A DNA stretch of 64,000 nt from Longimicrobiales bacterium (GTDB taxonomy: Bacteria > Gemmatimonadota > Gemmatimonadetes > Longimicrobiales > Gaopeijiaceae). Of the stretch, positions 50,549 through 60,384 are shown one piece after another. Position numbers and translations under genes: made by a program. Position 1 is the stretch's first letter, and every line of letters starts with the position of its first letter. A model generated the notes under the pieces. That model did no database searches, had not been told where the DNA came from, and saw nothing but the letters and a program-made list of their open reading frames with translations. Location: positions 128,001 to 192,000 of the forward strand of contig CBDFMQ010000001.1 in assembly GCA_965249725.1 (NCBI GenBank). Reading direction: 5' to 3'.

Positions 50549-51544
50549 TTGCCAAGCATCACGCTCGTCATCGCCGTCGTCAGCTTCGTCATATCCATCT
50601 ACGCATTCATTGCCACCCGAGTGGGGCGTCGTGCCAAGCTCGAGATCTTCCGCTTCGCACCCGAGGGATTAGTGGTCGACGACGACTTCGACACCCTTCA
50701 TGTGTACACGGACGCCGACTTCATCGTCACCAACCTCAGCGACAAGCCCAACACCGTCATTCGGTTGGAGGCTTCGGCCAATCTCGGGAATGGCTGGATC
50801 GACGGAGTCGTCCACGGCAAGCGGCTCGCGGAGCGGATGCGAACGCGAACCGACCATGGCGGTGCGGACGGTCAACCGAGTCATCACAACGAGATCGTGC
50901 ACGAATGGGTCGGCGCCGACGTGTGCCCCATCATGCTATCGCCGCAGGCCTCCGGCATTCCGAACCAGGGTGTCTCCCTCAGGTGGGACTTCCAGAGCAC
51001 GGTCCCGGTCGAGGCGTTTCCGAGCATTCGACTCCGCCTCGCGCTGCACGATCAGTACGGGGAGAAGCACGAGTTCGACGTGGGCAAGCGAGAGCTTCCT
51101 GACATCGAAGTGAAACGGTATCCGAAGTTCTTCGACGACGAGAGTGAGATCGGACGTCTCAAGGATCGGATTCCGGGAGAGGACATGGCGGCCCTGGTTC
51201 GAGTGGTGCACCGGCGCTACGGGGAGAACCCCTCCCAATCGACGCTCTCGGTTCGGCGTTACTATCCGTTGAAAGGGGGGAGGCAGGCCGCCGGTGTGGC
51301 TCACATGGGGCGGGACGGCTATGCGTACGACAGCTACCGGCCACGCGACTTCAAGAAACGGCTCGATGGGGGCACGGACGGCCCCTGGGAGCTAGGGACG
51401 ACAGACGGGTTCGTCATCTCCTTCAGTGCGAGGGACGGATTGCCCGACGTGCTTCACGTCAAGCTTCCGGACAGTTGGTCGCAAGACAAGATGGACGTGC
51501 CCATCCCTGAGGACTTCGCGCGGCTGTGTGCCGCGGAGGGTTAG
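50549..51544 (+). CDS. Hypothetical protein with N-terminal membrane anchor
   Basis: GGAGG then TTG at 50549; one TM; no family recognised. Confidence 0.65.
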   Translation: MPSITLVIAVVSFVISIYAFIATRVGRRAKLEIFRFAPEGLVVDDDFDTLHVYTDADFIVTNLSDKPNTVIRLEASANLGNGWIDGVVHGKRLAERMRTRTDHGGADGQPSHHNEIVHEWVGADVCPIMLSPQASGIPNQGVSLRWDFQSTVPVEAFPSIRLRLALHDQYGEKHEFDVGKRELPDIEVKRYPKFFDDESEIGRLKDRIPGEDMAALVRVVHRRYGENPSQSTLSVRRYYPLKGGRQAAGVAHMGRDGYAYDSYRPRDFKKRLDGGTDGPWELGTTDGFVISFSARDGLPDVLHVKLPDSWSQDKMDVPIPEDFARLCAAEG

Positions 51545-51565
51545 CCTGGGCCGGGCCGGTGATGA

Positions 51566-52729
51566 TCACCGCGCGCCGGCCGGCTCCATCCGATAGACCG
51601 CAGTCGGCGCACCGTCCCGATCCTCGACCGCCAGATAGATGTATCCGTCCGGTCCCTGACGGACGTCGCGGATGCGGCCCAGGCCGCTGAGCAACGTCTC
51701 CTCGACCGCGACGACCTGGCCGTTCATGGTCAGGCGAGCGAGCTGCTCACCGGCCATGCCTCCCACGAAGATGCTGCCGCGCCATGCAGGGAACTTGTCC
51801 CCCGTATAGGCCATCATGCCGGCGGTCGCGATGGACGGCACCCAGAAGTGGATCGGCGGCTGGATACCGTCGCGGTGTGTCCCCTCATGGATCCTCTCGC
51901 CGCTGCCGTAGTTCACCCCGTAGCCCACTACAGGCCATCCGTAGTTGACTCCCGGACGGATGAGGTTGAGCTCATCGCCTCCTTGCGGGCCGTGCTCGGT
52001 GGCCCAGATGTCCCCGGTCTCCGGGTGGATGATCAGCCCCTGCGGGTTGCGGTGCCCGTAGCTCCAGATCTCCGGGCGGACATTGGCCTCGCCCACGAAC
52101 GGGTTGTCGTCCGGGATGCTGCCGTCGTCGTTGATCCGGTTGATGGTCCCGTGGTTGTTCGATCGATCCTGCGCGGGATGGGCCTCGAGATCGCCCGTGG
52201 ACGGCGCTTGACGGTCTCCGACACTGATGAACAGGTGCCCTTGTCCGTCGAAGGCGAGCCGGGACCCGTAGTGTCCGCGACCTCTCGAAGCAGCCTCGAA
52301 GACTTCCTCCACGTTGCTGAGGCGGTCGTTCTCGAACGTGCCCCGAACCACGGCGGTCGTCGCACTCGAGCCGTCACCGATGGGCTTCGAATAGCTCAGG
52401 TAGAGAAGGTGGTTGGAAGCGAAGTTGGGGTGCGGCATGACATCGAGGAGTCCACCCTGGCCCTGTGCCAAGACCTCGGGCACACCGGCCACCGGCTCGA
52501 AGAGCAAGGTCCCGTTCCGGACGATGCGGAGTCGTCCGGGTCTTTCTGTCACCAGCACGTCGCCGCCGGGGAGAAACGCCATGGACCAGGGGTTCATGAA
52601 TCCATCCGCTACGGTCACGAGTTGAAAGTCGTGGAGAGCGGACCGGTGGACCGGTGACTGGCCGTGTGCGGCTGTCGAGGCCGACAGGAAAAGACCGGCA
52701 GAGACGAATGCCAACGTGATACGGGACAT
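51566..52729 (-). CDS. PQQ-dependent sugar dehydrogenase (GSDH/YliI-like), secreted
   Basis: PWSMAFLP, TERPGRL, GQGGLLDV, HYGSR, YGHRNPQG, EHGPQGGDE and GRIRDV. Confidence 0.93.
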   Translation of the reverse strand: MSRITLAFVSAGLFLSASTAAHGQSPVHRSALHDFQLVTVADGFMNPWSMAFLPGGDVLVTERPGRLRIVRNGTLLFEPVAGVPEVLAQGQGGLLDVMPHPNFASNHLLYLSYSKPIGDGSSATTAVVRGTFENDRLSNVEEVFEAASRGRGHYGSRLAFDGQGHLFISVGDRQAPSTGDLEAHPAQDRSNNHGTINRINDDGSIPDDNPFVGEANVRPEIWSYGHRNPQGLIIHPETGDIWATEHGPQGGDELNLIRPGVNYGWPVVGYGVNYGSGERIHEGTHRDGIQPPIHFWVPSIATAGMMAYTGDKFPAWRGSIFVGGMAGEQLARLTMNGQVVAVEETLLSGLGRIRDVRQGPDGYIYLAVEDRDGAPTAVYRMEPAGAR

Positions 52730-52906
52730 CTGAATTCTCCTGATTCAACTGAGGTTCCGGGCGAGTCGCTACATGTCATCTACTCGGATTCTCGTCGCCA
52801 CGAAAGTCCCGGGAAGTCGAGAGTGCATCGGTGATCGCCCCCAAAAGGGGAGTTTCCCCTACAGAATCCACCGCGAACGCCACGTAGCTTCCCTATATCT
52901 AGGTTT

Positions 52907-53089
52907 GTGGCTGAACACGATACCGAGCCGGGGCCCCGACAGCACCCTGGGAGCATGACCCACGCAGATGTGCCCAAGGACGATCAGGTGGCGATGGGAA
53001 TCACTCCGTCCATGGTCCGCCTATCCGTGGGGATCGAACACCCGGAAGACCTCATCGCGGACCTCGAGCAAGCGCTCGATAAGGTCTGA
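52907..53089 (+). pseudogene. Remnant of a trans-sulfuration enzyme (Met gamma-lyase/cystathionine gamma-synthase): short start fused to the last ~50 residues
   Basis: HPGSMTH...[27 protein letters not shown] is the family's C-terminal signature; the rest of the gene is missing. Confidence 0.75.
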
Positions 53090-53188
53090 GCCCGCCTCCC
53101 GGCGGCTTGCGTAGCGAACCGGGGTGCACAACGATGCCGAGTCAGGAACACCGGTTGCGTCCCGGCTCGAATTGATGAGGGATCCCCA

Positions 53189-54316
53189 ATGCTGAATCAT
53201 CCACAGTTCTCTCCGGCCTATCTGGGTCGTCTCCTACTGGTTGTACTCTCAGCCGCGGTACTCCTGGGCCCGACCTCTCTCGCAGGTCAGGATCGGGGCG
53301 CCGGACAGCAGGCCCGTCCTGACGATCGAAGAGTGAATCGAGTACTCGGGGGCGTCGAGATGACGGCCGCCGACAGCGCGGTCCAAGCGGTGGTCGCACG
53401 GCTCGACTTCGACAGCTACAAGGAGATCCTTCGGGGTCTGACCGAGTTCGGCGACCGAGAGCAGGGAACCGAGCGGAACCGTCGAGCCATAGATTGGATC
53501 GAAGCGCAACTCCGGGGTTGGGGATACGAGACTGAGCGTATCCACTACCAGTTCACACCTCGGGGAAGCACCGAAGCCGAGCCGCGCGAGGAGGTCTACG
53601 CCACCAAGGTCGGTAGTGACGTGCCCGGCGAGATGTACATCATCGGTGGTCACATGGACGGGCGCGGAGGTGGTGAGGCGGCCAACGACGACGGATCCGG
53701 AACCGCCCTCGTCATGGAGATCGCGCGTGCGCTGGCCGACGTGAGGACCGCACGGTCGGTCCGCTTCGCGCTCTGGAACAACGAAGAGACGGGGCTGAAC
53801 GGGGCCAGAGCGTATGTCGAACAGCGCGCTCCGCTCCAGGGCACCGAGGAGCCGGCGGGCTCCGGTCTGTATCCCGAGCCGAAGTGGCTCGGCATGATCC
53901 AGCACGACATGATGCTGTGGGATCACGGCAACCCGGTGACCTTCAACCAGGCGTTGGACGCCGACGTGGATATCGAGTTTCAGCTCGCCTCGGAGAAGGC
54001 GGGCGACTCCGCCGCTCTCGCGCTGAAGCTCCTGAACGCCAACCGGATGTTCGCAACCGACTATCCGGCGGTCATGAGTAACGCGATGAGCAATACCGAT
54101 TCGGGGCCGTTCCAGGACTTGGTCGCGGCCGTCAGCCTTCGAGAGAACCGGCGCTTGTACGAGACAGGCAATCGGGCCAACCCCCACTGGCACCAGCCCA
54201 CCGATCTCTTCGTGACCTTCTCGGACGCCGATTTCCGCCTCGGCTTCAATGCGGCTCAGACCACACTTGGGGCGGTGGCGCGACTGGTCGAGGCACGGGT
54301 AGTGGACGGCCGCTAG
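53189..54316 (+). CDS. Secreted M28-family peptidase
   Basis: Signal peptide; GGHMDG, ANDDGSG, NNEETG, HDMM and PHWH. Confidence 0.85.
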   Translation: MLNHPQFSPAYLGRLLLVVLSAAVLLGPTSLAGQDRGAGQQARPDDRRVNRVLGGVEMTAADSAVQAVVARLDFDSYKEILRGLTEFGDREQGTERNRRAIDWIEAQLRGWGYETERIHYQFTPRGSTEAEPREEVYATKVGSDVPGEMYIIGGHMDGRGGGEAANDDGSGTALVMEIARALADVRTARSVRFALWNNEETGLNGARAYVEQRAPLQGTEEPAGSGLYPEPKWLGMIQHDMMLWDHGNPVTFNQALDADVDIEFQLASEKAGDSAALALKLLNANRMFATDYPAVMSNAMSNTDSGPFQDLVAAVSLRENRRLYETGNRANPHWHQPTDLFVTFSDADFRLGFNAAQTTLGAVARLVEARVVDGR

Positions 54317-54346
54317 CCCGGGCCTCACAACCCGGAGGGTGAGCCA

Positions 54347-54895
54347 ATGGAAGACGACCGTGGGCCGGATTCCGGGTCTGGAGAGTCCGACTTTACTCTC
54401 GAGACCGATCGTCTGTCCCTGGCGCCGCTGACGAGCGAGGAGCAGACACCTCTTCACGCCCTTTTCACGGACCCTGACGTGCGCCGGTACCTGTTGGACG
54501 ACCAGATCGTGCCCGAGGAGTGGGTGGGCGGCGAGATCGAGCGGAGTTATGCCCTCTTCGCCGAGCTCGGCTGCGGTCTGTGGTCGATCCGTCGGAGGTC
54601 CGACGCGGAGATCGTCGGATTCGTCGGATTCCGGCACTTCTTCGAACCGCCCGAACTCCAACTCGTCTACGGTCTCCATCCTGCCTGCTGGGGTGCCGGA
54701 CTCGCAACCGAGGCGGCCCGTGCCGTTCTCCGGTACGTGTTCGGACGTCTCGGCTTCGAACGGGTCGTCGCGGCGACGGACATACCCAATGAGGCCTCTG
54801 TCCGTGTGATGAATAGACTCGGCATGGTGAAGGACAAGGAGACCGACGATGGCGAGGCCGGCACCGTCTTCTATACGTTGGACCATATGATCTAG
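54347..54895 (+). CDS. RimJ/RimL-type GNAT acetyltransferase
   Basis: LETDRLSL, WGAGLATEAA and PNEASVRVMNRLGM. Confidence 0.88.
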   Translation: MEDDRGPDSGSGESDFTLETDRLSLAPLTSEEQTPLHALFTDPDVRRYLLDDQIVPEEWVGGEIERSYALFAELGCGLWSIRRRSDAEIVGFVGFRHFFEPPELQLVYGLHPACWGAGLATEAARAVLRYVFGRLGFERVVAATDIPNEASVRVMNRLGMVKDKETDDGEAGTVFYTLDHMI

Positions 54896-54943
54896 ATCGG
54901 AACGAGGCGCGGTCGGGCCCGGAATCCGGAGGGGAGGCGCAGT

Positions 54944-55357
54944 TTGAGGCGAGTCATCGTTGGGGCGTCGATCCTCGTGGGTGTGGCAGTGGTGTTCTTG
55001 CCGAGAGTGTCGGACGACGCCGAGGTGTCATCGGGGGGAGAGGTCGAGGACCGGCGTGCATCAGGCGACATCGATCGGCCGGACATCCGCCTCGACGCTG
55101 ACAACATCCCTCCGGATTTGCGCGACCTGATCCCGTTTGCCGAGGAGTGGGGGATCGGTGACGACGTCATTCGGTCCGACGTCGAGGAGGCCGCCTCTGA
55201 CGAGGAGAAACGGCGATTCAGCCAGGCTCTCAGGGGTCGCACCGACAGGGTCACGGAGTGGCTCGACTCCTTTGGTATGGAACTCATGTCGGACGAGGCG
55301 GCCGCGTTCATGTACATGCTGTCTGCTCTGGACGAGATGGGAGTCTGGCCCGACTGA
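54944..55357 (+). CDS. Hypothetical protein with N-terminal anchor
   Basis: Hydrophobic N-terminus; conserved-looking LIPFAEEWGIGDDVIR. Confidence 0.65.
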   Translation: MRRVIVGASILVGVAVVFLPRVSDDAEVSSGGEVEDRRASGDIDRPDIRLDADNIPPDLRDLIPFAEEWGIGDDVIRSDVEEAASDEEKRRFSQALRGRTDRVTEWLDSFGMELMSDEAAAFMYMLSALDEMGVWPD

Positions 55358-55589
55358 TGACGACCCTACAGGGTGGACCGGCGGTTCATCCTCCGCACCC
55401 TGCGCGAGGCGGCCGAGCCCGCGGGATTCCGCGAGTCGAAGATGGACAGCTAGGCACGACAGCGCCGAGGGCGCTCGTACTTTTTTGCATCGTGAGGGCC
55501 ACCCCGGTTGCATATTGTTAGTACGGGTGAGTGGTGTTCAAAGGCGAAAACATGAGGCGCGTACGAAATTGGGTTCGGAATCAACTCTG

Positions 55590-56036
55590 ATGTCCATCTT
55601 GGGCGACCTTTGGGCTTGTCCCGAGTGCGGGGCCAAGTTCGTTACCAAAGACCAGTGGCATTCCTGTGGGGAAGCGACCCTGGGACACTGGGTGGACGAT
55701 CTGGGCCCTCGTGGGACGGCCCTGTACAACCAGTTCGAGCAGATGATCGCCGCCTGCGGGGAGTACCATGTTGCTCCCGCCAAGACTCGCATCGCCTTCA
55801 TGGGACGTGTCCGCTTCGCGACCATCACCCGCATTTCCGAACGAGGGATGACCTGGTCGTTCGCCCTGCCTTACGCCATCGAGTCTCCACGCATCGATCG
55901 AGTCGAAGAGGTGGTAGCGGGTTGGTACGTCCACTGGGTCCGGGTCGTCGACGCCACTCAGCTCGATGCCGAGGTCCAGAAGTGGATCGACAAGAGCTAT
56001 CGGCTCATGGGCATGCAGGAACGTCTGGACTTGTAG
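55590..56036 (+). CDS. DUF5655-like protein with N-terminal zinc ribbon
   Basis: WACPECG...WHSC; KTRIAF..RVRFA; QLDAEVQKWIDKSY. Start at 55590. Confidence 0.7.
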   Translation: MSILGDLWACPECGAKFVTKDQWHSCGEATLGHWVDDLGPRGTALYNQFEQMIAACGEYHVAPAKTRIAFMGRVRFATITRISERGMTWSFALPYAIESPRIDRVEEVVAGWYVHWVRVVDATQLDAEVQKWIDKSYRLMGMQERLDL

Positions 56037-56101
56037 AGTCGCTGGCAGACACTCGTGGAGTCGCGGCCGACGCCACGGGGAGTGTCCTCGGAGGAACCAA
56101 G

Positions 56102-56881
56102 ATGGACGACAAGCGCCTCATGCTCCGTCATCTTCTCGCGTCGCTCGCCTATCGCACCCAAAAGGCGCTCCGCGAAGCACCACCCGAGTTCGCTCACTTC
56201 TCCGCCGGCAACCAGGTGCGATCTCCCATAGATCTCCTACGGCACATGACCGGGGTGCTCGGCGACGCCCGGGCCAAGTACCGCGGCGGGACGTACCGGC
56301 CCGAGCCCCTCGAGGACTTCTCGCAGGAGATCGAGCGTTTCCACACGATGTTGGAGGATCTCTCGGATCATCTCCTGCGGGGTGAGCCCCTCGTGGATTC
56401 AACCCCGGAACGGCTTCTTCAGGGGCCGCTGTCCGACGCCATGACCCATGTGGGACAGTTGGCGATGCTACGGCCTCTAGCCTTGATGGACTCACTGCGC
56501 GGCGTGGGAGTCGTGGCACGCTCCTTGGCCTTGATCTCGACTCCCGTCTTCCTGCTGTCCTGTGCTGGAGGCGAAGCGGACACGGGGTTGGGCCCGGCCA
56601 CCTCGCTCACCATCAGCCTGTCTCCCACGACGGTTACCGTAGGGGTGGGTGAGTCGTTTGCGATCACCCCAACCGTTCGGGACGGGACCGGTCGCGTGGT
56701 GTCAGGTCGGCCGACCGCGTGGACCTCGAGCGACGCGTCCGTGGCTACCGTGGGCGATTCTGGTACGGTCCACGGCCAAGCCCCGGGCCAGACGACGATC
56801 ACGGCGACGGTCACGGTCAACGGAACGCCCAGCTCTGCCACTGCGACCGTCACCGTGGTCCAGGGAGCGACGTCCGAGTAG
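56102..56881 (+). pseudogene. Chimeric ORF: truncated DinB-like protein fused in frame to an Ig-like (Big_2) lipoprotein
   Basis: LLRHM...DAMTHVGQLAMLR runs directly into an internal lipoprotein signal (VFLLSC) and WTSSDASVATV...GQTTITAT. Confidence 0.6.
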
Positions 56882-56886
56882 GAGGG

Positions 56887-57564
56887 CTACCCGTTCGCTT
56901 CCTTCCGTGCCCACATCTTGTCGATGTAGGGTACGGCGGCCGGCGTGGTGCAGTTCGTCTCCCCGTGGTCGACCTCGATGGTACCGATTCGGTTCGCGGC
57001 GGCCGTGGCTCTCTGACGTAAGGTGGCGTTCCGCGCCCCGATGCTGATGATCGCCCCGTTCATCGAGTGGCGGACCCGATTGGCTCGGTCGTGGATGTCG
57101 GCTTCGATCGCCTTCAATTGATCTATGAAGAAGGCGTTGTTGAGGTCTTCCACCTGCCCGGCCAGGTAGGAGAGGAGGCCCCACCCAATCTGTCCCACGA
57201 ACTCCGACTTCGAGCGAGACCATCTTTCGAACTTCTTGAATGCGAAGGGTGTTCGGGCGACCAGATCTCTGAGCGCGTCTGCCAGGACATAGGAGTCCAC
57301 GTCCCTTACCCAGGCGTCGAGGGTCCCCGACTTGGCCTGACCGGGGTCGGCCACCATGGTCGCGAGTACGCGTGCATCGTGGTTACGCGAGGCCCAGAGT
57401 TGTTCAGCGAGTGCCTGATCCGTGCCGATTTGCTTCTTGAGCTTGTTGAGGTTGGCGTAGCTGACGCCATACATCTTCTTCCCGACGCCGTGTCGAGCGT
57501 AGACCTTGCGGTTCTGCTCGGTGCCCATCGTTCTCAGCCCTGCCATGATCACGCGGAACGACAT
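56887..57564 (-). CDS. DNA alkylation repair protein (AlkD-like HEAT repeat)
   Basis: YGVSYANL, LAEQLWAS.NHDARVLA, RVRHSMNGAII and VDHGETNCTTP; GGAGG RBS. Confidence 0.8.
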   Translation of the reverse strand: MSFRVIMAGLRTMGTEQNRKVYARHGVGKKMYGVSYANLNKLKKQIGTDQALAEQLWASRNHDARVLATMVADPGQAKSGTLDAWVRDVDSYVLADALRDLVARTPFAFKKFERWSRSKSEFVGQIGWGLLSYLAGQVEDLNNAFFIDQLKAIEADIHDRANRVRHSMNGAIISIGARNATLRQRATAAANRIGTIEVDHGETNCTTPAAVPYIDKMWARKEANG

Positions 57565-57755
57565 CGATCCCTCCTGATCGGCCCGGTTTGGCCCATTGAT
57601 ACCGAAGCGGCCGTCCGAGGTTGAAGACCTACGGATGATGGCCTTGATGGGAAGGATAGCCACCCGGCAGCCCAAGAGCAGCCCCGACCCGCCGATCCGG
57701 GCTCGCGATCCCGAACTGATTGACACCACCTCGACCCCGTGCGTACGCTCTCGCC

Positions 57756-58108
57756 ATGACAGACCACCGCACCGAGATCGTCAAGCGGGTCATGCGCTCC
57801 CTCGAAGAGACCACCGACCCCGAAGAGTTGGTTGCGGCGTACTTCGATGCCGAGCGGGACATCGTCGTGCAGGCGACCCAGCAGACGCTCGAGGCCACGG
57901 GTGAGTCGGTCTCGCAGGCTGTGATCGCCGAGCGAGTCGAGACGGAGCTCTCTCCGAGCTCGCGGCGGCGTTCGCCGGACCGGGACCCGAGCCTCTGGAG
58001 CCGGACGAACACACGGTCGTCTCACTACTCTTCCGTGACGCCGAGGGGAAGGTCTCCCGCCGCGTGACCCGGCGACGCTCCGGTACGGTACGTGGCCGAG
58101 ATCGATAG
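57756..58108 (+). pseudogene. Hypothetical protein remnant with apparent frame change near 57950
   Basis: MTDHRTEIV...VETEL becomes Ser/Arg-rich, while an alternative frame reads LSELAAAFAGPGPEPLEPDEHTVVSLLFRDAEGKVSRRV. Confidence 0.4.
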
Positions 58109-59084
58109 TGTAGTGATGCCGAGTGAACTACGCGTTTCCGGGATTCACCATGTGACGGCCATCTCGGGGCCGGCCCAGGCCAACCTCGACTTCTATGCAG
58201 GAGTGCTGGGCCTCAGACTCGTGAAGCGCACCGTCAACTTCGATGACCCTGATACGTACCACCTCTACTACGGTGATCGCGTCGGCACACCGGGAACGAT
58301 CATGACGTTCTTTCCCTGGGAGCGAGCGGCTCCGGGCTGGCGGGGTTCGGGATTCACCGATGCCACCTCCTTCAGTGTCCCGGAGGGGTCGGCCGACTTC
58401 TGGGTGGCCCGCCTCGAGGCTACGGGGATCGACGAGGTCGGGAGGGACGCGCGCTTCGGCGAAGAAGTCATCCAAGTAGCGGATGGTGACGGGTTGGCGC
58501 TGGAGTTGGTGGCCGGACCCGGCACGGTGGAGACGCCGGCTGGACCGTCGCCGTATCCCGCCGTTCCCTCCGAGCATGCCATCCGGTCTTGCCACGGAGT
58601 CGTGCTCGACGTGGCCGATCCGCAGGCAACCGGGCGCTTCCTCACCGATGTGCTGGGCTATGAGCCGCTGGGCGAGGACGGCGGTCGGCTTCGCTTTCGA
58701 GCGACGGCAGCGGGGGTCGGTGCGGTGGTAGATCTCCTGGTGACCGGGTCGGCTCGAGACGGACGCATGGGGAGGGGGAGCGTACATCACGTCGCGTTTC
58801 GGGCCAGGGACGACGACGAGCAACTGGCGTGGCGGGAGGCGATCGCCACGGCGGGGGTTCCCGTTACGACCGTGCAGGACCGGCACTACTTCCGGTCGAT
58901 CTACTTTCATGAGCCGGGGGGCGTGCTCTTCGAAATCGCGACCGATGCTCCCGGCTTCACCGTCGATGAGACGGAAGAGGCGCTCGGCACCGTGCTCAAG
59001 CTCCCGGATTGGCTCGAGGCCCGACGGGCGGAGCTGGCGGGCTTGTTGGCGCCCTTGACCGTCCCTGACGGGGCGGCGGAATGA
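58092..59084 (+). CDS. Ring-cleaving dioxygenase (MhqO/MhqA-like VOC); start 58092 or 58116
   Basis: GIHHVTAI, KRTVNFDDPDTYHLYYGD, GSVHHVAFR and DRHYFRSIYFHEPGGVLFEIATD. Confidence 0.92.
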   Translation: MAEIDSVVMPSELRVSGIHHVTAISGPAQANLDFYAGVLGLRLVKRTVNFDDPDTYHLYYGDRVGTPGTIMTFFPWERAAPGWRGSGFTDATSFSVPEGSADFWVARLEATGIDEVGRDARFGEEVIQVADGDGLALELVAGPGTVETPAGPSPYPAVPSEHAIRSCHGVVLDVADPQATGRFLTDVLGYEPLGEDGGRLRFRATAAGVGAVVDLLVTGSARDGRMGRGSVHHVAFRARDDDEQLAWREAIATAGVPVTTVQDRHYFRSIYFHEPGGVLFEIATDAPGFTVDETEEALGTVLKLPDWLEARRAELAGLLAPLTVPDGAAE

Positions 59085-59743
59085 ACGGCCCGGACCCCGC
59101 GAATCCGCATCGAGACACACCGTCGGTGCGCTTCGGTCCTGAGCTGGAGGACGCCCAGGGGGCAGTGGTCCTGGTTCATGGCCGAGGCGATAGCCCCCGG
59201 GGCATTCTCACTCTCGCGTATGAGCTCGAGGCGCCCGGAGTGACATTCATCGCACCGCAGGCCGCGGGTTTCTCATGGTATCCGCACAGCTTTCTGGCTC
59301 CGACGGATGCCAACGAGCCGTGGCTTACGTCGGCACTCCAGCGAGTGGACGCCGCCCACCGCGAGGCGATGTCGACGGGACTGCCACCCGAAAAGACCGT
59401 GGTGATGCGATTCTCTCAGGGGGCTTGCTTGTCCCTTGAATTTGCCGCCCGCAATGCAGGTCGCTACGGAGGCGTCGTGGCCTTCTCCGGCGGGCTCGTC
59501 GGTCCGGAGGGTACCGTCTTCAACCACGAGGGTTCGCTGCGTGACACACCTGTGTTCTTAGGCTGTAGCGACGTTGATCCTCACATCCCCCGAGCTCGGG
59601 TGGATGAGTCCGCGACAGTGATGGATGCGCTCGGAGGGGCGGTGGAGGAGCGCATCTATCCTGGCATGGGGCACACCGTGAACACAGACGAGCTCGCGTG
59701 GGCCCGGAAGCTCCTGCTCGATCTCTCTGCGGGAAGCGACTAG
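59081..59743 (+). CDS. Alpha/beta hydrolase (phospholipase/carboxylesterase, MhqD-like); nucleophile motif reads RFSQG
   Basis: VHGRG, FSQGA, DVDPHIP and YPGMGH; ATGA-coupled to the dioxygenase. Confidence 0.85.
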   Translation: MNGPDPANPHRDTPSVRFGPELEDAQGAVVLVHGRGDSPRGILTLAYELEAPGVTFIAPQAAGFSWYPHSFLAPTDANEPWLTSALQRVDAAHREAMSTGLPPEKTVVMRFSQGACLSLEFAARNAGRYGGVVAFSGGLVGPEGTVFNHEGSLRDTPVFLGCSDVDPHIPRARVDESATVMDALGGAVEERIYPGMGHTVNTDELAWARKLLLDLSAGSD

Positions 59744-59790
59744 ACCACACCGGGCGTTACGGCCGAATGTGGTAGCCTGCCCGCCGAGGT

Positions 59791-60384
59791 TCAGCCCGCG
59801 GCCAGGTCGCTCCGGAATCGATGTGCCGCACGCTCCAGTGACACCTGTAGGTAGAGGGCTTCCTCCGCCGGGCTTCGGCTGATCGGGCCCTCGCCGCCCG
59901 GTTCGACCCGCAGCGAGACCAGCACTGGACCTGAGGTCGTCATGATCCCCGGCAGCGCGGCTTCGTATGCGCCGGCGTCATCGTAGAAGAAGGCCTCGGG
60001 GAACCCTGCTGCTCGGGCCAAGGCTGCGTAGTCCACACCGCCACGGCCCGGCACCGATTGGTTTCCCGTGATCTCGTACGTCCCGTTGTCGATCACGAAA
60101 AGCACCAGGTTCGTCGCCTCGGCCGCCGCCGCCGTCACGAGCGTGCCGAGTGTCATGAGCATGCTCCCGTCTCCGTTCAGGCAGAGTACCCGACGGTCCG
60201 GCCGAGCGATGGCGATGCCCAGGGCGAGGTCGGCCGCGTGTCCCATCGCGCTGTCGGCCGAGGCGAAGTCCAGTGCGTGACTCGGCAGGCGCCCCCACGG
60301 TCGTACGACGCTCATGGTGGTCACCACGACCTCGTCGGTGCGCAACCGGGCGAGCGGAGCCAGCACCTCACCGGTGGTCAGCAC
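59791..60384 (-). CDS. TPP-binding subunit, sulfopyruvate/phosphonopyruvate decarboxylase beta-like
   Basis: SAMGH, NGDGSMLM.LG and DNGTYEITGNQ. Confidence 0.82.
   Translation of the reverse strand: MLTTGEVLAPLARLRTDEVVVTTMSVVRPWGRLPSHALDFASADSAMGHAADLALGIAIARPDRRVLCLNGDGSMLMTLGTLVTAAAAEATNLVLFVIDNGTYEITGNQSVPGRGGVDYAALARAAGFPEAFFYDDAGAYEAALPGIMTTSGPVLVSLRVEPGGEGPISRSPAEEALYLQVSLERAAHRFRSDLAAG

Noticed and set aside
53249..54886. 545-aa minus-strand ORF
   Set aside because: Antisense to the M28 peptidase and GNAT genes; no independent coding signal.
55354..55385. CTGATGA followed by a short stem, resembling a hammerhead ribozyme core
   Set aside because: The required GAAA does not follow the stem; the motif is just tandem stop codons.
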